A stretch of 63,639 nt of DNA, filler included, from Collodictyon triciliatum (Eukaryota): assembly GCA_043381765.1 (NCBI GenBank). It is 3 parts of 3 records of this genome, joined end to end, with 100 filler letters (N's around TTAATTAATTAA, not from the genome) between each part and the next. Parts side by side here need not be neighbours in the genome. Positions count along the whole stretch, not along the records: positions 1 to 21,213 come from JBHJMP010001197.1; positions 21,314 to 42,467 come from JBHJMP010001198.1; 1 more part is not named here. One strand, given 5' to 3'. Positions 12,701 to 25,700 of this stretch are shown here, piece after piece. The position numbers and the translations under genes are program-made. Positions within the stretch are counted from its first letter, which is position 1. Each line of letters opens with the position of its first letter. The notes under the pieces were generated by a model. It did no database searches, was not told the DNA's origin, and worked only from the letters and a program-made list of their open reading frames with translations.

Positions 12701-15700
12701 CTACCCAAGATTACTCAAATAGCAGTGACAGTCACAAATACTAAAATCACGAGTGCCAATGACCCTTCTACGACTGTTGGCATACCCACGAAGAGCAATC
12801 TGAAGGTAATGTGCACATTCGAGAATGGAAAACAGAGTGACTACACACTAGACTCCAGGACAAACTATGACGACATCACAGCTGATACAAGCAATATCAT
12901 TCAAATTGAGACGGCTACAGTGTCATCCAGCGTCACAGAGGTCTATGTGGTTGCAACAGGCAGTGGCTTCGGAACCGCGGCGATAGTAGTGACAGTCAAC
13001 AGCGCACCCAATTTACAGGGAAGCGTGGATGTCACCGTGATTGGATTTGCGTCACTGAGTGTCTCTTCCAGTCCATATCCGACATACACAGGCTCCACCA
13101 CAGTGTCGCTGACTAAGCTGACTCGCTATGAGTGCACACAGGTCTATCAAAGAGCGACGCTGGCATTGTCCATGAGACTGACAGATAGCTCTGTGCATGA
13201 CATCACATCAAAGTCATCGACTGTATTCTCTGTACCCACAAGTCAGCAAAGTATTTTGGTAATCAAAGACAAAAATATTCTTGAACCAACTGGCACACAC
13301 TTTGGAGCTGCTACAATCACAGCCTCTTACGGCGATGTGTCAGCTACAATAGACATCGTGGTCGCGGACGAAACAGTGAGCGCAACATCGCTAGCAACCG
13401 TATTTCCGTCAACATACACCGGTATCATCGGAACATCAACACAAAGCATCAAAGCGACTGCCGTATTCCAGGATGGAACAAAACATCCAACGGCCCACAC
13501 CATTACTGGGTTTTTATCTTACACCAGCGATGACCTGAGCTCAATAGCTATGGACACCGCAGGAACTGCAACAATACAAGCAAACTCACTCAGTATTGTA
13601 AAGCTTACATCATCAACATGCTATGGAGTCGTAGGAACGTTAAGCACCTATGCCAATCTGAGTCCGGATGTTGGCGATATCGATATTGGAAGCACGAGCG
13701 ACCTTTCATTGAGCAACATCGCAGTCGGGTCCAGCTTGACAGTTCCTGTCCGTGTCAACACGGGAACAAAGGCACTTGGAAGTCTCGATACTAGTCTTGT
13801 ATATGACGCAGACATATTCGATGTTATTTCATACTCCACTGGAAGCGGCTGGCCAGGCGGACAGTTAGAGATTACCCTGAACGACCCACCAGGGGTCATT
13901 CGCATTGTAGGAGCAACAAGCGCAACCAGCAACTCAAAAGGAACACTAGAGGTTGTCAAGCTAGTAATCAGAAGCAAACAGGACGGACTATCATACTTTA
14001 CTGGCTTCATCACTAAAATGCTAGCTAACGACGCAACGTCTTCACCAATCGGAAGCGCACTTGGGCAAGGAGAGACAAGAGCAATAGTAGCTGGTAATGC
14101 TCCAGTAAAGAGCGGAGCCGGAATCAATTCGAGAGCTTCGACGAGGAACGAAATGAATCTGACTGTGGGATATGAAAGCACTGCAGCCATCCGACTAGCT
14201 GGCAGGATATCGCCGACATGTGACCCGGCTAGTATTCTTGGAAATACAGACGGAGACTGCGAATTCTCAGTCGGAGATGTCCAGTTTACATTGAGGTATC
14301 TAGCTGGACTAGTCACGGCACCAGTCCAGTCCTACCAACTTCAATTTTTGGATGCGGACAGAAGTGGAAACATTCAAGTACAAGACGCGATATACTTGAT
14401 TCGGGTGTTGGCGAACAAATGGCGATTTTTCAATGTCCGCACTATTGAGCCGACCAGCTCCAGTTCCTATCTTCAAGTTTCTATAGACTCACGAACAGCT
14501 GATATGGCGTACTCATCGGCCAAGACGTCATATGACATAATTTTCTTGACAACGTTGAACGCAGATATGAGCATTATAGCAGGAACTAACAAACAAGCGT
14601 TAACTGAAGGATTCCAAGTATCGAGTAACGACTTGAATAATGGGACGTTCTCTGTATGTGGAAACACATACAGGTCAGAGATTATTGGGATTACAATCCA
14701 TCTGAAGACATATGATAGTCTTGGGCAATCATCCAACGACCGAGACGTGACATTCTATCAAGGAGTGGGAGGTACTTATGTGAGTTTTACAACAATAGTC
14801 GCTAGATTTGACACAACTCAATCGCAATCGCAATCACAATCTCTGTCTCAATCTCAATCTCAATCTCAATCTCAATCTCAATCTCAATCTCAATCTCAAT
14901 CTCAATCTCAATCTCAATCTCAATCTCAATCCCAATCCCAATNNNNNNNNNNNNNNNNNNNNNNNNNNNNNNNNNNNNNNNNNNNNNNNNNNNNNNNNNN
15001 NNNNNNNNNNNNNNNNNNNNNNNNNNNNNNNNNNNNNNNNNNNNNNNNNNNNNNNNNNNNNNNNNNNNNNNNNNNNNNNNNNNNNNNNNNNNNNNNNNNN
15101 NNNNNNNNNNNNNNNNNNNNNNNNNNNNNNNNNNNNNNNNNNNNNNNNNNNNNNNNNNNNNNNNNNNNNNNNNNNNNNNNNNNNNNNNNNNNNNNNNNNN
15201 NNNNNNNNNNNNNNNNNNNNNNNNNNNNNNNNNNNNNNNNNNNNNNNNNNNNNNNNNNNNNNNNNNNNNNNNNNNNNNNNNNNNNNNNNNNNNNNNNNNN
15301 NNNNNNNNNNNNNNNNNNNNNNNNNNNNNNNNNNNNNNNNNNNNNNNNNNNNNNNNNNNNNNNNNNNNNNNNNNNNNNNNNNNNNNNNNNNNNNNNNNNN
15401 NCAATCCCAATCCCAATCTCAATCTCAGTCTCAGTCTCAGTCTCAGTCTCAGTCTCAGTCTCAGTCTCAGTCTCAGTCTCAGTCTCAGTCTCAGTCTCAA
15501 TCAGAATCTGTATCAGAGACAAACTCTGTGTCACCTATGGGTACCCATGGATTCTCTCAATCGGAATCGACTCACAGTAACGCCCAATCGGGAACGGAAT
15601 CAATTAGTTGGTCCAGAAGCCTATCTGTTTCTGGTTCCATTGATTCTGATACACTCCAGGCATCAAAATCGAGTGTAGATTTAATAACTTCTGTCCTCGG

Positions 15701-18700
15701 GACTCAAACTCAGCCACAGATTTTAAGCCAAAGCTTATCTCTGAGCTATAGCTCGGCTCATTCCCTGTTGAATCCTACTACCAGTCATTCAGGGTCTGTT
15801 TCTATGATACATTCGCAGTCCTCCTCGAATGATGTGAATATGGCCACTGATTCCGTAAGTATGAGTCAAATCCAGTCGTCAGACACTGGACCCCCTTCCT
15901 ACACTGTAACTACCGGTAACGAGAAGTCAAACTCGAAGTCCCTTGGTGAAGTGAAATCCGTTTCTGAACCTCCATCACACACTGAATCCATTACACATTC
16001 TGAAACATCATCAGAGTCAAAATTCAAATTAGTCGAGACATATGAAACAAATCCCAACTCAAATGCTGAGACAGAGACAGTATCTGGATCAGAATCTTCC
16101 AACATTACCAAATCCATTATTAATGATAATGCCAGCCACTCTCGTATTCTGACAAGAAGCTCAACTAAAACATCCAAATATTCATCGGCTCAAATTAAGA
16201 GTCTCATCTACCCCACAAGCTCAACAAAATCTTCCATCGTCATAAAGTCCAACACCCAAGCCAGTCAAACGGGTAAAAATCTATCAAATAAAATGCAATC
16301 ATCTATATATTCAGATCGAATCTCAATGAGTAAGAATACTATCAAGCCTTCAGGCTATACTCCTTACTCTTCTTCCAGCTATCAAAATATCTCAGAGGAA
16401 CATTCTTCATCTGGTTCAAAGAGCAGCAGTTGTTCCGAATATATAAAAGTGTCACGCTCATTGTCCTATTCTGTTGGCTACCAAAAATCTCAGAGTATGG
16501 ACAATAATTCACCAAAGTTAGTAAGCTCTGGTCAACTTGTAACTCAATCAAGAAAAGATATACAGAGCTTATCTCAGTTAAAATCTCTTGGAAATGTGTC
16601 TAAGACATCTTCTGTCTCCAAAAATTACTCTCAGATAAAATCGGTATCATCTGTCTTTTCTCAAACAAGACTATCTACTGGTAATCCACGAGAGTCCCCG
16701 TCTATGTCTCAGAGCCTTCCGCTGGACTGCCCTCCCGGTACGTACCCCAATGAGTGTCGGCAGTGCGGCCCGAAGAAACCTGCAGTTCCCATTGAATTTT
16801 CTCTCATCCCCAGTGACGCTGGATTTACACTCGGTAAACCATATGCCGATATGAGGAACTCCTGGTCATCTTTCCAAAACTTCACTGGAATCCGCTACAA
16901 CCCTGACACTCGAATCGCTGCAACTGTAGCCAACCTGAACAGCAATGTTGCAACTCCTCACTCGAAGGTTGTCGCTGTTTCTCCTAAAGGATTTACTGTC
17001 ACTACATCAATTTACAAAGGAAAGTCCACCATCTTTGTTCGAGCTTGGCTTGTTGGTTCCAACGGAGAAACAGTCACAAGTGGCGGGCAAATCCAAGTTC
17101 ACATCAGAGAGTTTCCCTTGCTCTCTGCCAACTGCAATAACGATGGATTGAGTCCTTGCTTGTTAGGACTCCAGGTTGGGGATAGCGTCTTTTCAACCAG
17201 TCAAGACACTACTCTCACCCCGATTATCACTTTCGGCGCTCAATTTATGGAACTGGGTACAGTCATCGCCAAAAAGGTGCCAACATACAGCCCAAACCCT
17301 GTAAGAGGAATGGTGATGAATATTCCAATTCCCCCGGTAGTCCCAGGGAACAACTTCCAAACACCAATCACTGCATTAACTGGTGACTCCATCCTTCAAG
17401 GGTTCACTGTTTTGGTCTCATTTGATCCTTCTATTCTTCAAGTGGTATCAATTGATGGAGGAAGTAAATATGCTGTCACACCAAACCTCAACGACCAACC
17501 CATTTCCATAGTGTGTCTTAAGTTGGATTCATTTGACAACAACCAAGCCAAAGGAACAATTACAAATGCCATCACAATCACATGGAAATTTGTCTCATTA
17601 CCACAAAGTAATGAGGCACAAATATCCTTTACAATATCCGAAATGACTGACATCCAATCATACCCGATTCTTGACCCAAAGACCCCTGGGGTGGTTCAAG
17701 ATGGGAAAGGGTCTGGAACTGTTGGTTACATAACTCTTGCAGTCGACAGCATTCGTGGGTACTACATTACCTCGCAAAAACCAGAAGTATTTAATCTAGC
17801 TGTTCTCAATCTTCAAAACATCGCAATTCCGCTGATTGTTCATCAATTTTGGGAGTTCAAAGGAACGGTTGACGTTAGTGCCTCGTCCCAATGTTCACTA
17901 AACGATGGTACAATCGCCAAGGTGTCTGGGTGCACGATTACGTTCATAGGAAACGAAAGCAACGGGGGCTACCTTTCTGTTGCAACAAACGGTGTACAAA
18001 CTAGCATCCGTGTGTGGATTCCAGAGACGCCTGTTCAGTTGCTTATTGATGATACCACTCTACTTGCCATCAACGGAACGCTAGATGCTTCATGCCAGAA
18101 GCCCATGTACCAAAAGGCTCAAACCAGAGTCCAAACAAAGTTCAAGAGTGGTGCTGAATCATTCCTCGCCGATGTTACACCATTTGTCGCCCTAACATCT
18201 TCCAATAACGATATTGTTGTTGTGAATGGAAAGGAAATTCAAGGCGCAAATCCAGGCACAGCAACTATTTCCGCCAGCCAAGTCGCATCCAACAGCATCA
18301 CAATAACAGTATCTGATGAAAAAGTATATGCTACTCATCTTGAGGTTGCAGTAGTTACCGATCTGAGTGTTTCAACACGAGAAAATGGCCCATTCAGAAC
18401 ACAAGACTTGGGTAGTGCCATAGCAATCGCAACCCAAAATTTTGCAACGGAGAACAAGGCTGGTGGGGTCGTTGCATATGCTTCATTCTCAGATGGAAAG
18501 AAAATGGCCATCACTGAAAGCATGGGACTGTCGCTGTCTGCAGCTAATCCAACCATTTTGATTACCAGCAATCCCTTGACTGTCATCGCTAAAGATGCCG
18601 GATGTGGGTACTACGTATTGGCAGATTGGAGCGTTTGCGGACAGTCAGTTGCCTCTGGGAAAGGACTTGTGAATTTGAAGCTACCAAAAATTACTTCTAT

Positions 18701-21213
18701 CACCGCAAGCACAGTGGAGAGCCCGCGAATCACAAAGTCCACTGACATTTCTGCCTTGGCTGGAGTCTTCACTTCTCTAACGTTGTCTGTATATGTGAGA
18801 TTCGAGACAGGACAAGTCATGGATTACACTCTCGATTCTCGCACAATCTACACTATCCCAGAAGAATCCAAAGGCACCATCAAGATAATTGAATCTCAGC
18901 AAGATGGAAAGCGCACATCTATCAAAGTTCAAGTTATCGGCGACAAGGTTGGGCAAGCAACTATACGTGTCGGCATATCAACCGCCCCTGATGTTAGCCC
19001 CGCAACAGTTGTTGTGAATGTGGTGTCATTCAAGAAATTGAATTCGGACGCAAATCCATTCCCCACATTCAGCGGTTCAAGTTCAATATCAAAGCTTACC
19101 TTGAAAAAAATTGAGTGTACTTCCATTTACCAACAAGCAACACTTCGACTTTTCATGATTCTGTCCAATAACGACGAGCTTGATGTCACCTCAAGCCAAT
19201 ATACATCGTTTAATCTCCACAAAAATATTGGAGCAGACATCTCTGCAATCAGTGGAAGAATTGTATCACCCACCGGGGCCGCTTTTGGTCAAATCAATAT
19301 CGACGGAACATTCTCAACGGCAACGTCAGAACCCCTTATCATTACAGTGTCTGATACCTTAGTGAGCGTAACATCTTTGTCCACATCTTTCCCTACGACC
19401 TTTCGCGGAATTCAAGGCAAATCGACCCAAAAGATGGGTGTCTCTGCTAACCTTGGGGATGGAACAATATTCACTGATGCGACAGGATTAACGGGACTGT
19501 TATCTTACACTTCATCCAACACTGAAATCATATCGATAAATGCAGTGAGCGGCGTCGCAACTCTTCACGAAAATTCCCTCACAACTATAGCACTGTCTGC
19601 ATCGACATGTAAGGGTGTATCCAGTTTGTCAGCTGTATACCCCAACTTAGATGCTGATGTCGGCGACGTCGATATTGGCAAGGCTGATGGCGCTCAATTC
19701 AGTGTATTGCAAGTAAACTCACAATTTGTTATGAGTGTATTCATCAATACGGGGTCTCAAATCCTTGGTAGCATGGACCTTGTGGTGACATATGACGGGG
19801 ACTACTTGACTGCCATGAGCGCCCAGCAGGGAAGCAGTTGGCCAGGCGGTCAAATCGACATTTCATTAAATGACCCTATTGGGAAGGTGAAAATTGTCGG
19901 AGTTACAACACCAGGAACTTCGGCTAGTGGCACTCGCATTAACATCGCACAAATCACATTCCAAGTCACCAAAAATGGTCAATCTGTTGTCTCGGGGTAT
20001 GTGAACAAACTCCTTGGCTCAGATGTGTCGGCTACGCCCATCGGACCAGCACTTGGCGTGGGACAAACACGTATATTTGTTGCTGGTACAGGTTACATTC
20101 AGATTGGCAGTCAAAGAAGCATGAATCTGATGCGAATTGAGAGACAGAATATTCATACAGCACTTCAAATCGAGAACAGGAAGATAGGCCGGTGTAATCC
20201 CTCCACTATCAGAGGAAATGCAAACAACGACTGTGAATTCTCCGTCGCAGATGTCCAGTACACAGTGCAGTATATCGCTAATTTGATAAAGACGCCGATG
20301 ACAAACTCTCAAATGAGATGGCTGGATGCCAACGAAGACGGAAAAGTTGGTATACCTGACGCAATATTTCTGCTCCGTGTGTTGTCCGGAAAATGGAGAT
20401 TCATCGATACAAGCCTTACTTTCCAACAAGGTTATGCGTGCATACCTACATTCAAAGTATCACCGAAAGACATGACTGGAGCGATTCTCACAAGCCGAAC
20501 AAAGTTTGCCTTCGATATTCTCACTACAAACAACAAGGACATGACAAGCACGGTGGGGACAATACAGCATACAACTGCCGTTGGAGTGTATGCAATCCCT
20601 TCGCTGTTAGATTCAGATTATATGCTCCGCTTCCGCACCAAACATGCCGAGGAATCCATCGGAATTGCATTCACAATGACCACGTATGATGCTAATGGAA
20701 ATAGTGGACTGGACAGAGAAGTCACGATGTATAAAGGACTGAATGACGTAATCTTGCCATACAAATCGTTCAGCCCTTTGAACATGTCTTTGATGGCATC
20801 ACCAAAAATGGTCTCAGCCAACTTTGAGCCCCTTGGTCAGAACATCAGCGTTGTGTTCGATATGCCAACCGACAGAGCAGGGCTGTCAGACACTTTTGGT
20901 TGCGAGAAGTTGTTTGTAGGACTAGATGGAATCAGTTGTAATTGGGATGATGACAGCACCGCAGTCATTCAAGCCTCATGCAGCAATAAAATAACTAATG
21001 GGACTGTTATAACCCTAGTTGAGGGAAACTTGCGCATTAAGTCACCATGCGTTGGCGCCCCAGCAAGCTCAGGCTCGATAACAACCTCTATGCCTTCCAC
21101 GGTTGTATCCATAATTGTGGGGCTTTCTGGCCCTCAGAGAATCGGAAAGTGCTCGCAACTGGACGTGGATTCTTCTGCGACCAAACTCATATCGAACAGG
21201 TGCTTAAATCTAT
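9752..21213 (+). CDS. Giant secreted/surface protein: signal peptide, Ser/Thr-rich stalk, 2x [TMEM132-like cohesin + Ig domains, second cohesin, dockerin], REJ/polycystin-like segment; spans an N gap and is 3'-truncated
   Basis: ATG at 9752 followed by a hydrophobic signal (LVGIIVLVLLSSYATA). ORFs 9710-14942 and 15402-21213 both abut the gap with (SQ)n. TMEM132-like motifs VRVWYPAAPINISTPDRILNRI..C..YRYQ and IRVWIPETPVQLLIDDTTL..C..MYQ. Cohesin-like VGSSLTVPVRVNTG..LGSLDTSLVYD. Dockerin double Ca-loop motifs in both modules. Confidence 0.85.
13700..14115 (+). other. Cohesin-like domain (module 1, second cohesin)
   Basis: AVGSSLTVPVRVNTGTKALGSLDTSLVYDADIFDVISYSTG...GVIRIVG...GTLEVVKLVIRSK matches the cohesin beta-sandwich pattern (G-x-x-x-x-V-P-V, YD, terminal G-x-V). 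Confidence 0.75.
14240..14423 (+). other. Dockerin domain (module 1)
   Basis: GNTDGDCEFSVGDVQFTLRYLAG ... DADRSGNIQVQDAIYLIRVLANKW, a duplicated Ca-binding loop-helix. Confidence 0.85.
14816..15500 (+). repeat. Coding hexamer repeat (TCTCAA/TCTCAG)n encoding an (SQ)n linker, interrupted by N gap 14943-15401
   Basis: The same SQ-encoding repeat is present on both sides of the gap. Confidence 0.9.
19690..20110 (+). other. Cohesin-like domain (module 2, second cohesin)
   Basis: VNSQFVMSVFINTGSQILGSMDLVVTYDGDYL...WPGG...GKVKIVG...INIAQITFQV aligns with the module-1 cohesin. Confidence 0.75.
20214..20396 (+). other. Dockerin domain (module 2)
   Basis: GNANNDCEFSVADVQYTVQYIAN ... DANEDGKVGIPDAIFLLRVLSGKW. 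Confidence 0.85.
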
Positions 21214-21313
21214 NNNNNNNNNNNNNNNNNNNNNNNNNNNNNNNNNNNNNNNNNNNNTTAATTAATTAANNNNNNNNNNNNNNNNNNNNNNNNNNNNNNN
21301 NNNNNNNNNNNNN
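21214..21313. other. Artificial contig-joining spacer (N44-TTAATTAATTAA-N44)
   Basis: All-frame stop linker at 21258-21269. An identical 100-bp spacer lies at 42468-42567. Confidence 0.97.
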
Positions 21314-21435
21314 TTTGTTTTTTGTTTTTTGTTTTTTGTTTTTTGTTTTTTGTTTTTTGTTTTTTGTTTTTTGTTTTTTGTTTTTTGTTTTTTGTTTTTT
21401 GTTTTCTGTTTTTTTGTTTTTTGTTTTTTGTTTTC
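21314..21435. repeat. (TTTTTTG)n microsatellite at contig start
   Basis: Visible tandem repeat. Confidence 0.95.
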
Positions 21436-22759
21436 TTTCTCACGAAAGCCTAACAGCGCATCGTCCCTGTGAATTTTAGCATGTCTGTAGGTCTTTCACA
21501 GCCTAAAAATTATTATTATTAATATAATAGTCAGAAAGCCTGAGAAGGCCAGAGACAAGGCGAGTCGTCTCTTTGCAAGGTAGCATCAAGCTTGAATACT
21601 CCGTTGTCAGAGCTAACCGTAAGCGTTGCGACAGTCAACACTCGCGCCTCGCGTCCTTCTTGAAAGCGAACAAACTTTGCGAAGAGTCCATCCAACTGCG
21701 CTTACCGGACAGCGAAGGCCTTTGCCTGATCGCCTTTCTGCATCGCACAAAACGCCCGAAAGCTTCTGGAACTGAAGCAGGTAAGTTTGATCGATATTAC
21801 GATCAGCTTCGCTAGAACTAAACCAACAGAGACTTACATGATGCTCTACCAACTACCGCTGGACGTGTGGCCGCAACTCTTTCGTGAGGAGCTGAAGCCG
21901 TTCAGACCGACCCACGCGGAGATAAAAAAAAAAAAAAGGACAAAGGCTTCTTCACAGACACGGCTGTGGTGAAGCTTCTTTGTCACAAAAACCAGCGCCC
22001 ACCAAAGATAGTCCGTTTACCCTGCCCCAGCCTTTCGCACCCAGAACCAAGGAGCATGAGCAAACAGCACAAGTCGAATCCAAACTTAGAACTCCACACA
22101 CCAGAGACAGTCCGAGCAAGCAGGAGCGTATGTTTCTAAAACCACAAGTGCGTAACCATACTCCGGTTAAACAAAGACCACTGCCAGCTACGCATGGTTC
22201 CGAAACCAGGGGACGGTCAAGCGCCACTTCCGTGAATGCCAAACAAACAACGATGTATCGCTTTTTGTCTGAGTCGCCCAGCAAGAAACGCAAGGAAAGT
22301 AACCCGTTGTCCTCTCAAAAGACTCATCCAGTGGAATGAAAGAAGACGAAACCCTGTCTGAGATAGACGGTTGAAAGGACTCGTCGGAATCGATTTTTAA
22401 AGTAACAGCCATGTGCGTACTTTCATCGACCCGACAACTTTATCCGCTCTCCTATCAGTCTAGAACACAACCAGAAATCGCGTTGGAGCTGATTCACCTC
22501 GGTAGAACAGTCTGCGTGTGAGAACACTTGTCTCTTTTATATCTTGTTTCCTTTTTTCTTTGCCACCCAAAACACAAAAACTCCAACCACACAATCCGGG
22601 GTTTTCCACTGTCTTGTCCACAGCTCATTATTGTCCTAGAGGCGAAAGTCGTTTCCTCGGCTTTGTTTTCTCTCGATAAATTGTCGAAATAGGAACAAAA
22701 AAGTGCTCTGCTTTCTTTTATTGCACAGTTTTGATAGGGCCATGCCCTTAATTTTTTTA

Positions 22760-25700
22760 TCATGTTTTTTCGATGAGGCATATTTCAAGTGTCTTCGGAT
22801 ATCGGGTCAGGTGTGAGGATTCCATGTTCCTTCGTTCGCAATTGGTGCATTCGCTCCTTGAGCTCCGAAATCTTTTTCTTGTACCACTCAATTTCCTCCT
22901 TTGGCCTAATAGATATTGATTGATTTTTTTTTCAGTCGGTTCAGATGATTTATGTGCGGTTATTATAAAATCCATCAACAATCCTGCGAAACTAGATAAT
23001 AACACAGTTGGTATACTTTCCAAGTTTAGAGGCCAAAGAATATAAGCGAATGTAAATCAGCTCCACAGTAACTAGGTCTACTACATTTTGAATTCCTTCA
23101 TTTTAATATTTTTCTTCTTGGATTGCAGATCCCATATTATTATTTTAACGAATGTTGATTATTTGAAATAATGTAGCGATTCTTCGGTAATATTATTAGA
23201 AGCTAAAGCTATATCTACCCATATCCTCCATTCCTGCCTTGTCGGGGCTTTCCACCCATTTCAGTAGACATTCCTCCAGTAGTGCCCAAATAGATTTTTC
23301 AGCCTCGAGATAAACGGACAGATGAGCCGCAGCATATTTGGAACACTATGCATCGATTAAAAATAAGTGCGTGTAATTATCTAATACGATACCTTTCAAA
23401 TAAATCATCATCTCATTCAAGTTCATATCATATATAATATGTAAAGGGGATTACATGTTTGGATTTTTCCTTCATTATTGGATCCACTCACCGATAATAT
23501 TGCGCGCCATAACGCTCCGATATCCCCAAAATTATATTCTGTGGCTTCCTTGCAAATCCCATCGAGTAACCCGTTTCCTGTCAATTTTAATATCTCGACG
23601 ATTTTTTGTTTGCCCAAGTGAGCAACGAATGAAGATTCATGAGCATGAGCAGAATAAACACAACCGTTGCTCAACAGCTCCTTGTAGATTCGAAGCAGCT
23701 CATTCACAAGTCTAGCATCCATTTCTTGAATTTGTGGGCTTTCTTCGATTTCTGTAACTAGCAATTTGATGTACTCTCCCCACGCTCCTTGTTTTTGTGG
23801 CTCGCTTTTAAGATACCTCTCCACGAGAAAAGGATACAAGTTGTCGTCTTTCGCTAATTTGTATCTGAAAGATAAATATGACCACCAAAATAAGTTCGTT
23901 GTAATGAATAAAAGACGTAGGAGGTGATTTTTTTAGGCTTGAAATAGATGCAAGTCTACCAACCTGTTCTCACTAGAGTGAATAAATCCAAAATGCTCCA
24001 GCATCGAGAAGAAAGCCTCACTATAAACGATCCAATGAATCAAATTAGAATATAAAGTAAAAAATAATAATACTCATTGTTACCATTTAAATCTGTCCGA
24101 TTCGTCTTGACGACTCTCCAGCAGTATTTTTTGGTGGGTTTCCATTCGAATCCCAATATTCGTAACCAAGAAATTTGTGATTGTAAAATGCACAAGTTGA
24201 ATACCTGTAAGAATATCGATGAAAGTGGTTATTTGTAGCAACAGATATCACGCTTCATCTCATTAAAAAGATACTGCGTTTCGAATTATACCGTAGTGCT
24301 CTTCATATTTGCCGATTATATATGACAAGAGCTCATTATCGTCTTTTGAACTCGCCTTCAAAGTAATTTCCCGTAAAAAGACGTTCAGTTTCTCAAACAC
24401 ACCGAAATTAATGAGTTCTGACAAAACCAAACGCAGTAGAGAGGATTTACCTTTGAAAATAAAAAAGAACAGATTTGGTCAAACCGAGTCGGCGAGAAAT
24501 ATCGAACTTGAATGTTTGAGCTTACATAAAGACGACGTCTCCTTAATTCCATCTTCCAACATTCTGATTTGTTCTTCTGATAAAATCTTAAAATATCTTT
24601 CACAATAAGACTGAAAATATTTTATTACAGCGCCGGGCTGCAAGTTTTTGCTATCCATCTTTAAATTTGATGCAATTAACAAGGAAACTTGATTTTACTT
24701 TGAATCGAATAAAGGAAAGAAAAAAACAAGGAAACTTGATTTTTATCCAAACATTTGTCACTCGTCAAGATATATTTGAAAAAAAACTACATCGAACCTC
24801 ATATTCCAAATTTACATTATGGGGAACTTGTTCCTAGAGTGCATGATACAAAATTTACTAGGTATTATCTTACTAGAAAACAAACATAAATTACAGAAGA
24901 AAAATACGCACTTAATGTCTCGATGTGAATAGGAACATACACCAAAGTCTTTATTTAATGCGTTCACCACCTGGCACTTTGCCATTTCGACTAGTTTTTC
25001 TATATCTTTCTTTTCAAACACAAAAACTGGATAACGGTTTCTTATGTCAGAAATTAGTCCTTGTTGTTTTTCTCTGTCTTCTTGGTCCTTATTCTCTTCC
25101 TGTGTACCCACCCAAGTTAAAATTTCAGTTTCTTGGAAACTGAGTGATTCAATCCGTATGATAATGCCCAGAGATAACTTCAAAAGTATATATTCGCTCA
25201 ATATTTGATTACCCCTGTCCTCTCGTAAAAGAAAACACGGTGTGCATATGGATTTTCGATGAAGCCTGCAGCTCGAACCTTTTTTTTTTTTTTGGTTACA
25301 TTTTTTAGATGAACCACGGAAATTTAAAGCTTTTTTTCGGGTATGATTATTTACCTCAAGCTAAAAGATTGTTTGGCACGGGCGCCAACAGCAAAGTCTG
25401 TCGTGAATAAAAAAAATTGTTTACCTCAAGCTCTGTGGCACTCGCATTTTCATAATTATTGACCCATGTAAATTCATGATTTATTCTCCTATTCCACTCT
25501 CTTGGATCATTTCTCTTTGGAATCCACCCATACCTTGAATATAATTTCCAATCAATACCCAAAAAAGTCATATTTTATGTAATATTTCTTATACTAACAA
25601 TATGTCTAACCTTGAGCCCAGGAAACAAATAAAATACTTTGATTTTTTAACACCTTCAAGGCATTTATGTATTGTCTGTTTGTAATTTAGGAGTCTATCA

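Noticed and set aside
9752-21213. A true cellulosome scaffoldin or bacterial contaminant contig
   Set aside because: No recognisable glycoside hydrolase or CBM is present, and the same contig carries a spliceosomal-intron-rich gene, so the DNA is eukaryotic.
21530-22339. Short ORFs with a GTAAG donor at the start of contig 2
   Set aside because: No recognisable domain and no consistent spliced frame. It may be a gene 3' fragment or relic, but cannot be supported.
24440-24500. NACHT/P-loop 'GKSSLL' after the DUF4062 domain
   Set aside because: The best donor (T|GTAAGC) gives CKSSLL within a SAM-like segment. No Walker A spacing or Walker B motif is present.
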